Source: an uncultured bacterium (GTDB taxonomy: Bacteria; Acidobacteriota; Thermoanaerobaculia; Multivoradales; JAHZIX01). From it: a stretch of DNA of 64,000 nt. Shown in pieces: positions 60,822-64,000 of this stretch. The stretch's first letter is position 1. Each line of letters begins with the position of its first letter. Location: the NCBI GenBank assembly GCA_965368975.1, contig CBDUPA010000002.1:524757-588756 (forward strand), given 5' to 3'. Below the pieces are notes generated by a model. It saw only the letters and a list, made by a program, of their open reading frames with translations, did no database searches and was not told the DNA's origin. The translations under genes and the position numbers were made by a program.

Positions 60822-62450
60822 CTAGTGCATCGGTATCTCTGCCGGGAAGACGTACAGATAAAGACTGCCGCCGAGCACCGCGCGCGGTTGGTAGCGCAGC
60901 AGCCAGTCCGTATGGACGCCCTGGGTGCGCGCCATCTGGAGACCACGCACCAGTTGATGCGCCGAGATGACGTAGACGCCAGGTAGGGGTACCTGCTCCC
61001 AGGCCGAAAGCTCGAAGCGGCGACGATGCAGACCGTAGTACTCGGGAACCGCGTGCCCCATGGGCAGCAAGCGCACCTCCTCGGTGATGCCCTGCTCGCG
61101 GAGCCAGGCGGGCAGGACGAGCAGATCCTGCCCCCAGTCGAGGTTCGAATCGTCGAGCCAGTCAGGTCCGGCCAAGGTACCGCCGGCCGCACGGTTGAAG
61201 AACGGCAGGTAATGAGGATGCGCGGCCAAGGCGGTTGTCACCTGGGAGAGGACCAGAAGCAGCAGCAACAGCCTCCCGTACCGTCCTCGCTGCAGCTTCG
61301 GCACCAGCCCACCGGCGAGAACGAAGAGCAGCGGGTACAGGGGCAGGACATAGCGCACCCCGAGGTTGGCAGCGAAGGCCGAGGTGACGATCAACCACAA
61401 CAGGGCAGGCAACCACAGGAAGAGATCATCGGACCAGCCCTCGGCGTCATCGCGGGATCGCAAGCGCAGACTAGCTAGGAAAAGACCGCCCAGCATCGCG
61501 ATCAGCCCCGGCAGTGCGGTCTTGACCGCCATTGCCAGCACGAAGTAGTGGGGGAAACGTTCAGTACTGAACTCACCTGCCAGATAGTACGCATAGCCGG
61601 GAACGTGGTCGGCATTGACGAGGAAGACATCGGCGAAATAGCGCAGCGGCGGTCCGGTACCCAGGTAGGTCAGCTGCAGGACGACGAGCGCCACACCCAA
61701 CACAATCATCCAGGCTCGCAGCCGCCAGCGCCAGGCCCGGCCTCGGGCGGCCAGCAATTCCACCAAGGCCATGGAAGGCAACAGGATCAACGCGCTGAAC
61801 TTGGCGGACAGAGCCAGTCCGAGCGCCAATCCTGTAGCGGCTAACCCTGGGGCGACCGATCCCATAGCTACCGACCCCGTCGAGGCTCGTTCTTGGTGGC
61901 AACGCCACCAGAGGTAGAGGACCGTCACGAAGCCCGTGCTGACCGCGGCATCCATGGTCACCCAGCGCGCGTGCGCGAGCACGGTGGGTGCCGCGGCGTA
62001 GAGGCCCAGACTGAAGAGTCCACCGCCGTCGCCAAAGCGGCGGCGTGACCACAGGAAGACCACCAGACCGCCGAGCATGGACAGGACCACGATCGGCAGG
62101 CGGCCGCGACGCAGCATTCCCAGGTGGTCGTTGCCCAGCTCGAACAGCACGCGCCGGCCGTAGTGCCACTCGTTGCCCTGGCGGTAGATCGGTCCGTCCA
62201 GTTCGAGCTCCGGGTGGGTGGTGCTGGCCGCAGCACCGGCTAGCAGCTTGACCAGGGGGGGGTGCTGACGATTGAGTTCCATGTCCCCGGTGCTGACGAA
62301 GGCGAGGCCCGCCGGCACGTGACTCAGCTCGTCGTAAGTCACCGCCTTCTGCCACAGGCTGTGCACCGCCAGGCTACCGTGCAGCAGAAGCAGGACGATG
62401 GCGAGCACCCAGGTCCAGCGCCAGCGCTCAGAATCACGCGTGGTCGTCAT
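60822..62450 (-). CDS. GT-C membrane glycosyltransferase (GT39/ArnT-like)
   Basis: TYDELSH, HPPLVK, P..LAHA...TMD, GLALSAKFS, GVRYVLP and DSNLDWGQDL; many TM helices. Confidence 0.85.
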   Translation of the reverse strand: MTTTRDSERWRWTWVLAIVLLLLHGSLAVHSLWQKAVTYDELSHVPAGLAFVSTGDMELNRQHPPLVKLLAGAAASTTHPELELDGPIYRQGNEWHYGRRVLFELGNDHLGMLRRGRLPIVVLSMLGGLVVFLWSRRRFGDGGGLFSLGLYAAAPTVLAHARWVTMDAAVSTGFVTVLYLWWRCHQERASTGSVAMGSVAPGLAATGLALGLALSAKFSALILLPSMALVELLAARGRAWRWRLRAWMIVLGVALVVLQLTYLGTGPPLRYFADVFLVNADHVPGYAYYLAGEFSTERFPHYFVLAMAVKTALPGLIAMLGGLFLASLRLRSRDDAEGWSDDLFLWLPALLWLIVTSAFAANLGVRYVLPLYPLLFVLAGGLVPKLQRGRYGRLLLLLLVLSQVTTALAAHPHYLPFFNRAAGGTLAGPDWLDDSNLDWGQDLLVLPAWLREQGITEEVRLLPMGHAVPEYYGLHRRRFELSAWEQVPLPGVYVISAHQLVRGLQMARTQGVHTDWLLRYQPRAVLGGSLYLYVFPAEIPMH

Positions 62451-62603
62451 GCACCGACTGTATACCGGCGGCATTGAAACAATCCCGCCACCAGCCTCGT
62501 CTTGCCCAGATAGACCCCGAGACGGCTCGTCGTCCGCATCCTCTCGCGACGTTCGAGCTTCCTGTTCTCGCCACATCAAACCCCCTCACCTAGGAGTTCA
62601 GAT

Positions 62604-63719
62604 ATGCAAACGCAGCACAGACTACGGCGTGCTGGCCAGTATGCCGCCTTGGCGCTTCTGCTGACGCTCGCGTCGACCCTACCGGCTGCAGCTGATTTCG
62701 AAGAACGGGCGACGTTCGACAGCAGCTCGCTGAAGATCGTCAACCTGATCGGCACTGTGCAGGTCGAAGGTCATAATGGCTCGGCCTTCGAAGTCGACGT
62801 GCAGGTGCGCGGCCGGGATGCAACACGTCAGCAGGTGACGGTCGAGACCCGCGACGGCAGCGAAGCCGAGCTGGTCATTCGTTTCCCGGTGGATGAGGTC
62901 GACCGCTTCATTTACCCGGAACTTGGCAACAGCCGCACCAAGCTGAACCTGCCTCTCGACACGGACGACGACGGCGGCAGCCTGCTGTCAGCGATCTTCA
63001 GTACCCTGGCTGACGATCAGATCGAGGTTCGAGGCAGCGGACGTGGACGCGAAATGTGGGCTGATATTACAGTCCGCGTACCGGCGGACCGCAAGCTAGC
63101 CGTCGTGGTCGGTGCAGGCAAGATTCGCGCCGCCAACGCCAGCGGCGACCTGCGCTTCGACACCCACAGTGGGCGCATCGACCTGGCCCAACTGAGCGGA
63201 CGGCTGACCGCCGATACCGGCAGCGGCAGCATCAAGGCACAGGGCCTGAGCGGCAGCTTCATCAACCTCGACACTGGCAGCGGCTCGGTGAGTGTCGAGG
63301 ACGTGCGTGGCGACAAGCTGCGCGTCGACACCGGCAGTGGCTCTGTTGAGCTGCAGGGTATCGAAACGGCAGAACTGCTGGTCGACACCGGCAGCGGCCG
63401 CGTCAAAGCACTCGACGTGGCGACCGACAGCGCCAACATCGACACCGGCAGCGGCTCGGTAGAGCTCCAGCTGACCCGCATGGGCGGCGGACGCTTTCGC
63501 ATCGATACCGGCAGTGGCGGCATCCGCCTCCACCTACCGGCAGACGCCTCGGCCAGCGTGACCGCGGACACCGGTAGCGGCGGCGTGCAGATCGACTACC
63601 CAGGCGTCGAGTTCCAGCACAAGGAGCGCGACCAAGCCCGCTTCCGCATCGGTGGCGGTCAAGCCACCATGGTGCTGGACACCGGAAGCGGGGGAATCCG
63701 GATCGATCGCGGGGAGTGA
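62604..63719 (+). CDS. Exported DUF4097/adhesin-like beta-strand repeat protein
   Basis: Signal peptide; eight DTGSG repeats plus one DTHSG, mostly about 20 aa apart; AGGAG RBS. Confidence 0.85.
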   Translation: MQTQHRLRRAGQYAALALLLTLASTLPAAADFEERATFDSSSLKIVNLIGTVQVEGHNGSAFEVDVQVRGRDATRQQVTVETRDGSEAELVIRFPVDEVDRFIYPELGNSRTKLNLPLDTDDDGGSLLSAIFSTLADDQIEVRGSGRGREMWADITVRVPADRKLAVVVGAGKIRAANASGDLRFDTHSGRIDLAQLSGRLTADTGSGSIKAQGLSGSFINLDTGSGSVSVEDVRGDKLRVDTGSGSVELQGIETAELLVDTGSGRVKALDVATDSANIDTGSGSVELQLTRMGGGRFRIDTGSGGIRLHLPADASASVTADTGSGGVQIDYPGVEFQHKERDQARFRIGGGQATMVLDTGSGGIRIDRGE

Positions 63720-63852
63720 GTCGGCCTCACTGCCCCACGACCGCAATGCGCCGCGGAGTCCTCGAGAGGAGTTCGTGGCGCCGCGGACTTTTCGGCTGAC
63801 TCTCGAGCCAGCTACGTCCGACGGCTCTGGTGTGCTAATCGATTCGATTCTG

Positions 63853-63875
63853 CAGGGCGCTCACTGAGCGCCCTG
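63853..63875. repeat. Perfect 11-bp inverted repeat in the leader of the next (off-window) gene
   Basis: CAGGGCGCTCA-C-TGAGCGCCCTG; an AAGGAG RBS-like motif lies near 63984. Confidence 0.6.
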
Positions 63876-64000
63876 TTCCAGTACTCAGGTCTGGTAGCCA
63901 GAGCGATACTATCGACTAGATCTGTCGGTAACCCTGTCTTACCAGCGCCGCGGGGCGCCACCGCCACGTTTCTCAACAACGACAAGGAGCAGCACAACGT

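Noticed and set aside
63140-63700. DTGSG repeats as a novel repeat system
   Set aside because: They are explained by the known DUF4097/adhesin beta-strand repeat family.

Overview
High-GC bacterial genomic window. Tandem duplicated orphan ABC permeases, a VWA/Ig protein, a kinase-TonB fusion and LptD suggest a diderm, probably Acidobacteriota (inference only). About 40 genes are present. They include housekeeping and metabolic genes (hutF-like, fadE, thiolase, ruvX-mltG, pfkA, mpl, pckA, carbamate kinase) and a long minus-strand gene run: lptD, rmlA, rmlD, two GDP-sugar SDRs, a prenol kinase/DUF92 fusion, a UbiA prenyltransferase, then ICMT methyltransferase, ACP, FAAL and an FAD oxidoreductase. 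There is also a split NRPS/PKS system (C-A-T-C-A-T without TE; C-A-T plus KS-AT-ACP-reductase) and a low-GC patch beside a decayed MBL-hydrolase pseudogene. The most striking observation is at 34002-34817 (-). Two ORFs in the track are one reading frame interrupted by TGA-AGT-GGT-TGA and followed by a SECIS-like hairpin. This predicts an exported, beta-barrel-like selenoprotein with a UxxU motif, encoded directly upstream of an exported YHS-TlpA thioredoxin. No rRNA, tRNA, CRISPR array, integrase or transposase was recognised. All calls come from reading motifs by eye; no searches were run.
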